64,000 nt of DNA, taken from Polymyxa betae A26-41 (taxonomy: Eukaryota > Protista > Endomyxa: Phytomyxea). Under the pieces are notes generated by a model. That model saw only the letters and a program-made list of their open reading frames with translations, was not told the origin of the DNA and ran no database searches. A program made the position numbers and the translations under genes. Shown here piece by piece: positions 22,908-36,328 of the stretch. Position 1 is the first letter of the stretch. Each line of letters opens with the position of its first letter. The DNA is taken from positions 22,702 to 86,701 of the forward strand of contig RBZT01000480.1 in NCBI GenBank assembly GCA_003693705.1. Direction: 5' to 3'.

Positions 22908-25900
22908 TTACTTGTGAAAGCTGCTGCTACCTTTTCGGTATTTCATTGAGTGATGAGATGTTTCTTCCACTTCCAGGACTTAATGAAGCAAACAAAGGAT
23001 CACTTCTAACCTAAAACTACTGTTAATGCAACAGATTGTTGTGAAAATGAAATTACCTGTTGCCGAAAGAGCTCAAAGTCATCCATTACTTTAGAACCAC
23101 TGGATTCAGTAGAAGGTGGTATAGACGGTTTCTTAGAAGATGACAAGCTTGCCTCATCTGCACGATCAAGGAGCTGTTGAATCCGAGATAGTGGCCCAAT
23201 CACCCGATCATGCAGCGATTGTGACCATTTCGATTGCAGCGACAACTGGCGACATGCATCATTGATGACATCAGCAAGTGCATTACGATCCCCATCTTCA
23301 CGTTGTGAGAGCATGGCTCCGCAAATAGATGAGTTCTCGCGTTTGATATCGTCCAGATCATGCTCCATGTCAATAAAAGCAGACTTGATGCTATCGATGT
23401 CTTCAGGTGAACATTGGGCGGCGACAGATTTCATGATACCCCGAACACGTTCAAGTAATGGAGGCGAGCGGGTTGTAGTCCAAAGCGTCCCATCCTGCAT
23501 ACTTTGAAACAATTGCTTCAGGTCGCGATACATGCGTCCTGTCAAAGCTGAATAATGCTGGATCGCAGCACCCAGCCTTGCAGTTGCTAAGCTCTCAGTA
23601 GATGTATCTGAATAAGCAGGACCCATGTCTCTTGCTGGAGTTGAGCTTCGAACGGGGGAGATAGACGGTGGTGAAACCAAGCGAGTTGCTGAGACACTCT
23701 CATTGATACATACGGGAGTAGGACGGTGAAGAGATCCGGGTGCTGGGGATTCGGTCTTGCGGTGAAGACAGGGAACGGGAGACCGATGTGAGCTAGATCC
23801 TGTAACAAAGAGTCAGCAGCAAGATCTTTCAGGATTACATTTCGTACTTGAAGAAGTAAAACAATCGCGATCAATGAATAGCTTTTGTAAGTCCTTCATT
23901 TTTGCTTGAACGGCGGCAAATTCCGCTTCTTCTGCTATAAATACAGTTGGGAGGACGACCAAAGGAAATGTGAAATCCTTACTAGCTTTTAACTGCACCT
24001 CTCGCTCGCTGACGTCTGATTCTCGCTCTTTGAGCTTTAATTCGCGAGCATTAATACTACATTGTAGCTGCTGAATGACAGAGTCAGATGATGTCCCGAC
24101 TGAGAGGAATTTACAACCAACCTGAACTAAAGCACGTTCTTGAGCAACATCACTTAGAGCTTTAACTCGATCGACTTGAGCTTGGGCGGCTGCTTCTCTT
24201 GCATCTGCACATTCACGATTGGCTTTTTCTAACATTTGCTCGATTTGTTTCCTCTGGCTTTCCAAGTCATGCAGCAGGTGACGTGCCTCAACAATTTTGT
24301 TTTGTAAATCTGCAAACTCAGACTGTAGTGATTGATTAGCCATCTTGGTCTCTCTCATAGCTTCTCGCGATGCCTTCAATGCAGCTTCAGCATCACGCTG
24401 CTCTGAACGAGCTTGTGATGCCTGCGCGGCAGCTTGTTTCAAAGTAACATTGAGGTCTGTAACACGCATCTCTAAATCTCGTTCTTGGCGTTGGAGCTTG
24501 GCCTGTAAAACTTGAGTTTCTTCTTCGCGTTGCTGAAGCACCTTCATCTGTCTTTCAAGGCTCTTCCGATCATTATCAACAGTGGCATGAGATCGGGCTA
24601 GCCGAGCAGCTTCCTCTTTCAAAGCTTTAGCTTCTTCAGTCACCTTCGTCTGAGCTTGTAAAAGCTTAGCCGCTTCATTGCGATACTTTTCTTCCAGCTT
24701 TTCTCGATCTGCATCCAATGAAACACGCTGCTGCCGACAATCTTCAAGTCGTTGCCCCAAAAGATCGAGCTGTGCTTGAGTATCAGTCTGAAGACGTCGC
24801 TCGTGATTTTCGAGACGTTTGACTCTCTTCTCAGTCTCAGCAGCTTCATCATCCAGAGCGGCACGACGCCGTTGCATTTCTTCCTCTTGAGCAGCGAGCT
24901 CAGTAAAACGTTCAGAAAGAGACGACTGGGTCTGATCCAAAGCTCGAACACGTTGACGGAATTCATCAGCTTCTTGGGCAAGGCGATCCGTTCGTTCTTG
25001 CAGAGTGGTTTCACGCACATCGAGCTCTTGGTTGCGTTGTTCGAGGAATTTGATCCCTTTATTGGCCTGCTCCTGAATCATAGCTTGCTTCTGAGACAGA
25101 ATTCCCTCCCGATCTTGTAATCTTTTCTGGTCACGCTCTAGATTAGCAAGTTGTGCAGCTACCTCAGAACGGCGCTCTGTAAGCTCATTGCGGTCGCGCT
25201 GCAGACGTTCACGTCCATCTTCAATGCGATTTGCTTCAACTTGTGCTTGCAAAGAGACTTGACGGCTGCGCTCCAATTCTTTCTGCGACAAAACTTGTTG
25301 TTCGCTGATCTCTTTTTCGGCTTTTTTCAGTGAGGCAGCACGCGAGTCTAAGGCGACACGATCACGTTCCATGGTTTTCCGCTGCCCTTCGAGGTCATGA
25401 TAACGCTGCTCGACTTCCCGCTTTTGCTTGTCCAAAGAAGACCGTCGATTATGCAGAGCCGACTCAGTACTACGAATTTGATCCTCACGACCCAGAATCT
25501 GCTGTTCACGTAAAGAGAGCTTCTCCTGGCGTTGATCAAGAGATCGCCGTTCTCGCTCTACGTTTGACGCCTGATCACTGAGTTTAGTTCGTGTTGCATT
25601 CAGCTCTTCCTCTAAGGCTTGCAAACGCTCTTTGCGTTCTTTGACAGAAGATAACATAGCTATTAAATCAGCACGCTTGCTTTCAAGATCGAGGACATTC
25701 TGAGTCCGTGCTTGCAAAGCCTTTTCGTTCTCTTCCAGCATAGTTTCGCGTTTAGAGCAGCGCGCTTCGCGATCATCGAACTCTGATTTTGCCAAATCAA
25801 GACGCTTCGACTCATGTTGAAGTCGGTCCTCATCATCGCGCTTCTGATTCTTCCAAACTTCTTGAGCGTTACGCTCTGCTTGTAACTCAGAGCGTGTCTT

Positions 25901-28093
25901 CTCGACTTCCTTCTGGAAGTCTTTCATTGATTCTTCGAACAGCCGCTTTTCATCTTCCAAACGTCTTGCAGCGAGATCAAGATTAGTGCGGGCCTTAGAA
26001 AGCTCTTTCTCAGTAGCACGATTCTCTTGTTCAGCTTGCAACGTATTCGATTCACGAATAGCAATAGCAGCGCTACGCCTCGATAATTCTTCAGCCTCAT
26101 TATCGAGCTGAGTTTGCCTCCTTTCAATCTGCATTAGCTGCTGAGATTGTTCGTCTTGAAGGCGACGCTCCGCTTCCAGAACAGTTCGTTCACGATGGTT
26201 CAGCTCTTGTTCCCGTTCAGATACGACTTGTTTACGCTTCTCGCATTCGCTTCGTTCAAGTTCAAGCCGTTTGCCCAAAGCAGCAAGGTCCGCTTCGCGC
26301 TGCTTCAGTCTCAGAAGCAAAGTGTCGACTTCGCTCTCTTTCTCTGTTAATGCAGTCTCACGATGCTGTAATGAAGCTAGCTGAGAGTCGATCTCTTGCG
26401 TTAAAACTGTAACTTGCTGACGAGCTTCCAATGACACTTTCACATCATTCTGTAGCTGAGATTTTTCCAAAGTCAATGCTTTGGAGTCGTTTTGCAACTG
26501 AGTCCATTCATGATCAAAATCGTTCTTCATGCGAATCATTTGCTGCTCACGTTCTTGTAGTTGCTGTTCACGTTCATCGAGACGTTGCTGCAGAAGTGAC
26601 AATCTCCTCTCAGAGGCAGTGATATCTGCCTCTCGAGAAGATAAATTCTTCCTTAACGTCGTTAATTCAGTCGATTTGTTTAAAACGTTTTCACCATCAA
26701 CATCCATTAATTTCTTTTTCCGTTCGAGTTCCATAGATGTCGCCTCCAATGACTCCCTCGTCACTTGGAGTTCACGCTCGCGACGTGCCAGATCATCTTT
26801 GGCTGATTGCAGCAAAGCCCTCTCATTGTCAAGAGCATCACGTTTACGAGCTAATTCGTACTGAAACAGCTCAGATTGCTTCGAACCAGCACCATTCTTG
26901 TCATCAAGCGCCCTTTGTTGCGCATCGAGTTCAGCTTTCAGGCGAACTAGGTCATTATGTTTTTGCTGCAGCGACGCTTCCATAGCTGAGCACTGCGCCT
27001 CACGTTCAGCGCAGAGCTTCTCTTGCTCATTAAGTCGCGCAATCATCTGAAGTTCAGTCATTCATGTATGAAACAATGCAGATTGGATAAAATACAAGAT
27101 CCATTTCGGCATTATGGCGAATAGTGTCATTTTCGAGCCGACTACGCTCCACAGCGAGATCGTAGGCCATTTTCTCATCGGAAGTACCAGTAGATAAAAG
27201 AGAAGGATTTCTGGATGGCACTGAGGGCGCAAAAGCAGTAACATTTGAGCTTTCAGCAGGAGGCTGGGATGTCACTGGACAACACAATCAGATATTAAAT
27301 ACAGTAATGGCTGAAACATACCAGAAGACTGCCGGGTCAATGAGGGCACCTGAGAGCGTTGGACTAACAAAAATATAAGAATATAATGAGCGAGGTACAT
27401 AGCAAAACATTGTACTTGAAGGTTGGCGAGAAATGGTCGGAGCTGGAGCCACAAGAGATGATGATCCGACTGTCTGAGTTTCTGTAGGTGTTTCGAACGA
27501 TAATGAGGCACGTTGACGCGCCACCACTACTAAGTTTGAGCGTGCATCATGTCGGCATTAATGCAAACCATACCAAGATTAGCGATATTCGACAACGAGG
27601 AGCTCCGTTGTTGATCTTGCTGGGCAACTGCAGCAGCAGCCAAATTCCGAAATCTTGATGAACGTTTCGGAGATACCGAAGACCTTGGAGAAGAGGAGGA
27701 ATCTATTTCATCTTCAGATTCGGTGACACGATCAAGGGATTGCTGCTGCTGTTGCTGATGCTGTTGTAATGCTGCTCTAGTTTGCGATACCATCTGCATC
27801 GATAGTGATCGAAATCGATTAGTGTTCGATGGATCCTGTGGTACATTCCCATTGGAAGTCAATGAAACACTCTGATGTCTTCGTGCCTCTTGTTTGGCCT
27901 TCAATGTATTCAACGATGATACCGTATCCTGCAACGACTCACGGAGACGTTCCTTTGTCTCACTAGGTCCCGGTGTAGTCGCAAAATCCGGTACTGAAGG
28001 GGCCGAACCGCTCGTATCCCAGTTAAACAAATCGGTGCTACCTGAGCGCGAATGTCGACGTAGCGAAGAGCGGCGCGAGGCGCCTGCCGACAT
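22908..28093 (-). CDS. Very large coiled-coil protein, multi-exon (ends approximate)
   Basis: A 1082-codon E/R/Q/K/L-rich open frame (23813-27061) linked by short introns to a Ser-rich, poly-Q N-terminal region and a helical C-terminal exon. Confidence 0.85.
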
Positions 28094-28274
28094 TGCGCTG
28101 TTCGTAGCGCCGTGTTCTGGGATAACTGTGCAGTCGAGCGCGTCCTGTGACAAATCTGTCTATGATCGCGACGTCACTTTTCCGGTCCTGATCTGGTTCA
28201 GGGAACACGAAGAGGCCGCGCCTGATACCACTTGCATTATTGCTTACAGCTTCTCATGATTGCTCAATACCTTT

Positions 28275-28429
28275 GTCATGTATGATTTCAATCAGGCTTG
28301 TTGCCACATCGTCCCTGAGGACGCTGACTTATGTCCACACATTTCAAAGACGTCATGTATGATTTCAATCAGGCTTGTTGCCACATCGTCCCTGAGGACG
28401 CTGACTTATGTCCACACATTTCAAAGACG
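28275..28429. repeat. Perfect 77-bp tandem duplication (2 copies)
   Basis: gtcatgtatgatttcaatcaggc...cacatttcaaagac starts at 28275 and again at 28352 with no mismatch. Confidence 0.95.
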
Positions 28430-28707
28430 AATGTCACTTCTCGGCAAAAAAAATGCATCCGAAAACGATTCCATTTCGGTTTGGTCATCTAGTAGACTTC
28501 GTATAGACCTTTCTACCTGGCTTTTTGTGTATGAAACTATATCAACTTCGGGGTTGCATACTCGCTCAGCGTCAATGTCTTATCAATCTGTCTCAGTGGT
28601 CATCATCTCTCAGGTTGAAGTTATTGCCATCTTGATCTGCGACTTGCATCTCGTGTTTAATCATTACATGAAATCAATCAAACAAAGTAAATAAATAATC
28701 AAATATA

Positions 28708-29328
28708 TTAACCAGAATTTTGTAGGTTTAAACAGTTATCTTTGCAGTATTTTACATCATCTGTCTCTGTACAGCTTGTCCATAATTTGTACATTTTAAA
28801 TGCTAAGGATGCCTGGGATGACATCTGCTTGTTTTGTTGGGACATATTTTCCAAAATGTAATGATAAACAGATATAGTATCGCTTTTGGAAATTTCACTC
28901 CCTGCTTCTTCAGTTGCCTTCTTCGCTTCATATAACAAATTCTGTAGTTCTGGCGACATTGCTCTTCTTGCTGCGAGTCGGTTGGAAATATCTGTCGCGA
29001 TCTGCACATCTTCAGTCCTTCCTTGAAGACTGCCTCTGATCTCAATTGATGTCAAGAAGGCCAAAGTTATCAAATCAAACTGGGAATCGCGATTGTTAAC
29101 CTGCTCTTGTTCGATTGCCACTTCTGCTTGAGTGATATTATGTTCCAAATACTGTATCGGCAGATGGTCAAGGGATTCACATCTAGCGAGTCTGAATATG
29201 GGCTCATGGATACTGAGAAGTGGGCCATCAAACTGTCCGCCAGAGCAGGATTCCCAATCACTTTGTCCAAGGACATTGGTCAGAATACAGTTCAATAACA
29301 GAATAATGAGAGATGAAGGCAGCAGCAT
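28708..29328 (-). CDS. Putative secreted protein, effector candidate (206 aa)
   Basis: MLLPSSLIILLLNCILTNVLG signal-like start, intronless, Cys residues near both ends, no known domain recognised. Confidence 0.75.
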   Translation of the reverse strand: MLLPSSLIILLLNCILTNVLGQSDWESCSGGQFDGPLLSIHEPIFRLARCESLDHLPIQYLEHNITQAEVAIEQEQVNNRDSQFDLITLAFLTSIEIRGSLQGRTEDVQIATDISNRLAARRAMSPELQNLLYEAKKATEEAGSEISKSDTISVYHYILENMSQQNKQMSSQASLAFKMYKLWTSCTETDDVKYCKDNCLNLQNSG

Positions 29329-30214
29329 GGCTAATATCCAGGTCGATTTAGGCCCATCTCCCTATTGAGTCATAGAAAAGAGAGACGAAGAAAAGGAGAA
29401 GGAAGAGAGAAGCGCTTCCCTCTGCCAACTTCTCACTCTCAGCTCACCAATTCTAGAGACCTCTAAAGCCATTACGGACAGCTCCTATGAAACGTTACAG
29501 CAGAAACTGGTGCCGGGAGCGCTCGACTCTTAAATATCCTATGTGTGTCTGGGATGGCCTTTCCCCTTTGGTAAGTGTGTAAGAGCACTAGGTCCTTGCT
29601 GACGGAGATCGATTCGAACGGTCATATAGGAATCCTTTGATCAAGAAGTTTGCACTGAATACTGCTACATGTTCTGCTCTCTGGCAATCCTACAAAACTG
29701 TAAACATGCATGAAAAACGACCCGCGTGGGCGACATTAATTGCCGCCGGTTCTTTAAAAACATAAACCTCAAGTAGCGATAAGCATATCAACTCATAAAT
29801 TTCAAATTGAAGCAAACCTTTAATGAACCAAAATTAAGTCGAAAGGGTTTATAAGGTCTAAAAAGATAAATCAGGTCGGGAAACTATACCAAAATGTGGA
29901 TTAATGTTCACAAACTTACCTCGCGTAGATGTCGTTCCTTCATTTCGTATACGTGTTGAAGCTTACTCAAATCACGTCATCAGCCAGCTGAAGCTGTAAA
30001 GAGATTCTGAGCCATTCCAAATTGGCGGTCTATGCTACCGAATAACAAACCAGTAAAGTGGCAAGATAACCTATCCGAAGTAAGTCGGAGAATATCCATG
30101 CCACGCCAGCCCGAGTCCTATAGTACATATCTGTCGTCACTCAAACTTCACTACTCATTATACATTTCGTAACTTTTTAAACAACAAGAAGGCGAACTTC
30201 ATTGCTATACTAGC

Positions 30215-31494
30215 ATGCTCGCTACACGACACGTTGTTGCTCTTTTTCTTGTCGTTGCATTATGTTCGGCAATCATTGCCGCTGTCGTCTGGAAGACCCA
30301 GTCCAAGGGTCTGTCGCAGCCAACAGAAACTCGAATCGGCAACGCCCCCGACTCCGACTCTATTAATATCTTGGAGGAAAATAGTATCGGATTGAAAGGC
30401 TTGTGAATCCAAACCTAATGGAGTTTTCACTGATTTGTCAGTAGATGAGAGCACAACCGAGCCCACAAAGATGCTGCTCGAGAAACAAGACGATTTTATC
30501 TCGATTGATGCCGTAGATAGGCAGATTATCCAAACGAAGGGTTGGTTTTTCAACCACGTCTGGGATGTTGATTTTGATTTTGGTAACAGATGAAAACCCA
30601 ACACCTGAAACTTTGAAACCAGCGGATGTTGATTTGAATGATGAACTAATGAAACCACCTGTAAAGTCTTTCGATCCGACAATACCGTCTTATGCAATTG
30701 ATGAAAATGGCAATGTCTATGAATGGGTGGAGAAAGGTCCTGATATGTTCGATTCACTTCGTCTAACTGACAACGCATCTGGCAATACTGCTACCCGTCG
30801 ATATATGTGGTTTGCACATATGAACCGATTGGATGAGACTGAATCGCTGTACGACCAGCTGAACATTACTCAAAATGATATTGAAAGTAATGAACCCTGG
30901 GTTAAGGTCGCTGTTGACGTTGCCAAAGAAATTCGTCGCCGAATTATGCAATACTTCGTTTGTCTATCACCTGAACACGCTATATGTGATCTGAATTCTT
31001 GGACTACGATCCAACATGAAGCTCCCGATGCAGTACAGCATCGCATGCGAGTCTTTGTGGCAAAACTGGAATTTCTGAAACCATTCGATCACCTTCGCCA
31101 AGTTACGCAAGACGATTGTAAATATCCACCCATGGCCGGTACAGTACGCGAGTATTTCCTTTATCTAAAATTCTTTGATAACTGGCACCAAAAATATCAT
31201 GATATTGCTGAAGAAGTCGAACGGCTATCTTTTAGAGGATGTACCCGCGTGTTCGAAGTCATTGGCGATCACGCAGCAGCATTAGAGAAGATTCAAAAAA
31301 TGTTAGATCTCTGCATAAAGATTTTGAGCACAAACCCGAACCTAATAAAGGTCGTGGAGGGAACCGATCTCTTAAACCGTGCATGCGGCCCTGGATATGA
31401 AATGTTTGATCGACTCCCAGAGCCCATCAAACCAAGACTATCGAAGTTTGCAGAGTTGACCCGGGAAGTTGTGGTCAAAATGACAAGCCTTTAA
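30215..31494 (+). CDS. Orphan protein with N-terminal signal/anchor, about 3 exons
   Basis: Hydrophobic VVALFLVVALCSAIIAAVVW, acidic linker, and a ~300-codon helical terminal exon. Confidence 0.7.
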
Positions 31495-33282
31495 ACTCAC
31501 CCTACAGTAAAAGTTTCTGATTGGGCCCTGGGCAATATTGCCAGGGTCCAGGGTCCTTAGCAAAAATGAGTGCTGAGGGTCTTATCAAGGTGCCAACGTC
31601 ATTTTAGGGGCCTTAATAAAGAATTGGCGGTTGTTACTTGTTATCACATGTAAATCGAAATCTCCAACAATTTCGTCGTTTCCTCAAGAGAGATACGTGT
31701 TGATTGCCGAAAGAATTTTTATTTGTAGACTGGACGAGTTTTGTCCAATTTGGCTATGAAACGCACGTCTACGATGTAAAAGCACCCACAGCCTTCGCAA
31801 AATCGATTCAGTTCACTATGCAATAAAATTGCTTCATTTAAAAAAACTTTCAAGTCGATGGCCAGGGCATGTACGATTACGCTATCGAGTATATTCAAAT
31901 AGCATTAGTTCAGGGAGTGTACCTATTAAGAGCCTGGGAAGCTGGAATTTCAAACTTTTACTGTATACTTTTATTTTGTATCTTATACATACAGTTGGAG
32001 TACTTTATCTGGAAACAACTGACTTTAAAACCCTAGCAATATTATAGTAAAAGGTGCTCAAAAGCCTCCCAGACATTGTTTCTTCGTTCATCGGAAATAT
32101 TTATCAATGGTCAATTGCTTTGACGACGAATTAGAAAGCGTCCTAATGATAGCTTTCACGCTCAGCAAGTCAAGCTCTTCTCTGAAGAGCAAGTACAGTA
32201 GACTTGCAGGAAAAGCTATACGCGGTCAATTAAATGGTACAAAACAGAGGACTTCGTATAGAGAGTTTGTTATTATTAGGTATAAATAATCAGGGTTTGC
32301 TCTTTCCACAGTTTTCTGTACCATAAGCGAAGGTGTAATTTATACAAGTTGTATCTTATACAGAGGTTCCAAAAGGTATACACTGATCCCCCAAAGCGAT
32401 CTTGACTGCATATACAAACGCGAGCCTCAACAGAATTCACCAAGGTCGGGCTCTAAAGCGTCAGGAAAGCGAAAAGACGGTTTCAAGAAATCATCGCGAG
32501 CCAGCCGAGATATGACCAAAAGCTGATACAATTCCTCACGTTGGTAAGAACAACATTATAAGGTGGTCACCACTTGAACGAGCATGAATTTGATATTCCA
32601 AGAGAGATATGGATTTTGCTGCAAACGCTCATGTGGACTGCTGCTAAAACAAGATATCTTCCCATTAGCAAAATTAAGACATTCTATGACGAATACCGCT
32701 TCGTATTTGACGTTGCTTCCGGTGTAGCCCGCTCCTGGTGAAAGTTATCCTAAATTGATATTCGATTCTGGTGCTGGGATTACGGACGACTGGCTACATT
32801 TATTGAAGCCTTATTTTGAGCATTACAAGGTATTTTTGTGGTGAGAAGCGCTGCTCAAATCGTATCGTCATTGACGATTTCACCTTTCGGGTTTTACTCT
32901 AATAAACAATGCGATTAATCAGGATCATGAAACTGATAGATTAACCTCGAAACTTGCTCAATGACACCTCTCGTTCAATAATGTATCATTGATTCATAGA
33001 TGAAACTGAACCAATTTCTCTGGAGTAATTATCAAGTCTACATCATTTTTTCCAGATGTATGAGCTCTTCATTGTGATAGCTTTACTTCCTATTGGGAGT
33101 ATGATATCACATTGGGGTGTCCTTTAAGAAGCCGCGCTAGAAGTAAATGCACGCACTTCAACCATGTTGTAGCGCAGCACCATATGCATAATAGCGATCA
33201 GCACAAGTCCTGAAGGGACCCTTTCCCGAATTCCGATTTCTCTGGCTGTCCAGAGCGCAGAAGTCCAATATAAACCATCATT

Positions 33283-35209
33283 ATGGCGATGAATAGCCTG
33301 TTCGGCCTGACAGCTATTGGTGTATTTGTAGCTGTGACAGCCACATTCGCTGGTGGTTTACGCTTCCGATCATTACGAGTCCCAGTACCCAAACTGAACT
33401 GTTTCTCTCGTCCGCAAACCCACGACGATGTTCCTATACCATGTATCTCCATTTTGCCTCTACTTGTGCTTTTTTAGTTAAATTTGCCCAGACCACTATC
33501 ATGATATCGAATTTGTCGATAAAGGATTGAGCACCAGATATCACGTGACTCAGGATGTTGCTGAGATTCCCGAAATCGTCAAAGAGGTCATTCATGAAAT
33601 AAAAGCCTCGCAATCGTCCATGCGCATTCTGAACGAAGCCAATTCAAACGTCGCTGCCGCTAATGACGAAAGCTTCTTGGACATAAGCCGAATTGTTTCT
33701 GAGACTCTTGTCAACCCGAACATGCAGGTTGACGATTTTGGGTTTTCAACAATATGTCACCAGATCCGAAGCGCTATCAGTGTAATCTCTCTCTACCCAA
33801 CCAAGACCTTCGAAATCATCAAACCGCTCTATGACCATTACGAACAGCTCACCAGCGATCAACGTAATGTGCTTCGAAACTTGGCCATCTTACAGCGCAT
33901 GGTGGTCATGTACGACCTGGTTCGCATTATTGAGCATCGAATGGCTTCTATCCTGCGTCGGAGTCGTTACACGATACAATTCCCAGAGCTGCGTCAAATG
34001 CATCGTGATTTTGAGCCGTTGGCCCTCTCACGAGCATACGCCGCTCTTCGAAAAAAAGACGAGTTCGTCGACCATCCATTTCGTCAATCTGTCAAAGAGA
34101 AGAAATTTATCGAAATGGGCCTGGACAGCAAGCGTGTTTACAGAAATAATCTGTTTAATGATGTAACCGGCAAATGGGAAGAATTCCAAATTCAGATCGA
34201 TTCTATCGTTGGTAATGCAATCTGCGATATTGATTTTCGATACATTCGCAATCTTGATGAGCCATCACCTTCGCTAAATGTTCTCGGTCTTGATTTCGAA
34301 TTTATCAAGAGCCCATTTTACATTGCGATTTCGGATATTGGCAACAAGGTAGCGAATAATTCTCGAGCCTGTCCTGTGTTTCACACTTAAGGTTCTATCC
34401 TGTATGAGTACTGAGCATTAACCATTGTTATAGGTATTAAACATGATTCAAGCGGTACGACCTACTGACACGAAGTTCTTGTCTGTTTATGAAGTATAAT
34501 AGCTAAGCGACATTTATGTGAATATCATTTCTAAAGACATGACGTACAGGTACCATATCAAAGGCATCATTTCACGACCGAATATCTGCAAACATTACTT
34601 GACGGCGAACTTGATGCTAACAATGGAAATGCTCTGGAGTCGCTAAATCTAGCTTTAGAGTCAGGTTTATATCGTGAATATGAGCGCCTTTCAGATCAAG
34701 TTCCTGATCGCAAACTTCTTTTGAATCAGCTTCTACAAAAGCAACGCTCTTTAACGGTCACTCGTGCAAGCGATCAGAGTTTCGATCTGTTTAATTATTA
34801 TGCCAAATATTCGATTCAGTTTGATTTGTTATCTGCACAAGGTCAACAGCTTTATGAATTAGCCAAGTTTCTCATTGAATTCGCTGTCTCGAAATTCCTC
34901 GATGGTGCCGGCCCGGAGATGCTCCTTTATCATCTTTGCAATGATAGTCCATGGGCCCTGCCTGTACTACGATTTGATTTCAGACATCATCGTTGGGAAG
35001 CGGTATCACTGCCTTTGGAGATTATCGTCGAATTTGCTCTTCAGGTTGCTGTTGATTATGGATCTGATCTAGCTGTTAGTCATGATCAGGATGGAAATAC
35101 GTTCTTCTCGTATCAATCTGATAATGATGCTGGTAAAGATATTTTACACAATGCATTCATCTCTCACTTTGATCATTCACTTCTTACACTACTTACTCTT
35201 AATGAATAA
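33283..35209 (+). CDS. Family A secreted orphan protein, copy 1 (RxLR-like RSLR after signal)
   Basis: Signal-like N-terminus and spliced ORFs. Shares NLAILQRMVVMYDLVRII, LNLALESGLY and WALPVL...HRWEA blocks plus a 60-nt penultimate exon with 36329-38588. Confidence 0.75.
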
Positions 35210-36328
35210 ACTCATGATTCTGTTGCGTTAGTATCCGAACTAGTAAACATTCTCCGTCATCACAATTATTGAATCGTTTTCTCGTCTTCGACATTCTGTG
35301 ATACATTTGACATCTTTATAGAGAGACTTCAGCAAAGTCTTGTTATAGGTCATGCTGCATGGTCATATATAATGTACACAATCAGGGATTCTGTGTGTAC
35401 TGTATGTAAAAATTTCGTTTGGAAATAGCGAATGAGAAGAGATGCACCTGAGACCATGGGCTAACACTCCTTATTCAATCAATCTATGATCTCGATTCGT
35501 TGCGCAACATACCGAATCTGTGACGACCTCAGATGCTGCCAAGAATCAAGAATGTGAATGTGTCGATGTTCACAATCAAAATCCGGTTCATACATACTGA
35601 TAATATGGTTATAAGTAGTTGTTAGTTGGATCGAAACCTTCTAGAGGGCAGGTTCTGGCATATTAAAACTTGAAAATGATAAAGCTGGATACAGTCCAAG
35701 CCAATATGCAAGCTGCTTTAATGAAGTTGAATTGTCATAATAGTCGGAAGCGGTGCATAATTGATGATGGATCGAATGAAAGGGAAGTAATTTTATATCG
35801 AAAATCTGGAAGCTCTATTAATAATCTATAGTAGAGAAAGACTCCACATAATTCAACACCTCGACAACGAAACGTTCCAAAATGGTAAGATATACCTGGC
35901 CACTGATGCTCAACACACAAAAAGGAGGGTAATAACTGACTAATGACAGCTGCCTAAATCTTCGCCCAATCGGCTCTCATTCTCTGTTCATCATCAATCT
36001 GTTTACTTATAAGTATGATCGCATTTGCAATGTTATTTACATGTTCGTCACGTTGATTATGCAACAGTTGGAAATTTTCCGTCTTGTTTATTGTTGATGT
36101 CGAGGCGTTGGCCGTTAGGTGCTCATTATTATTGAGTGTTATGATACATGAGAATCTAATAATGTCACATCACATATAACATGTCTCTGTATGTCATGAA
36201 CCACATCATATTATGTTACCTAATAATTTGTTTTGCAGAATATATGATAATGTTACCTGAGTACGGAGAGCCCCCAAATGCTGACTGGGTCAAGGTCCCT
36301 CTAACAACATTTTATTCTTTCATTCATC

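Noticed and set aside
24640-26985. Many short overlapping and antisense ORFs in the ORF track
   Set aside because: Shadow frames of the long coiled-coil CDS; the same applies to those over the permeases and other genes.
28275-28429. 77-bp repeat as a CRISPR array or C/D snoRNA pair
   Set aside because: The units are contiguous with no spacers, and there is no canonical box C (TGATGA).
31523-33000. Possible decayed DNA transposon (hairpin GGGCCCTGGGCAATATTGCCAGGGTCC; an FYDE word near 32685)
   Set aside because: No matching second terminus, target duplication or convincing transposase alignment.
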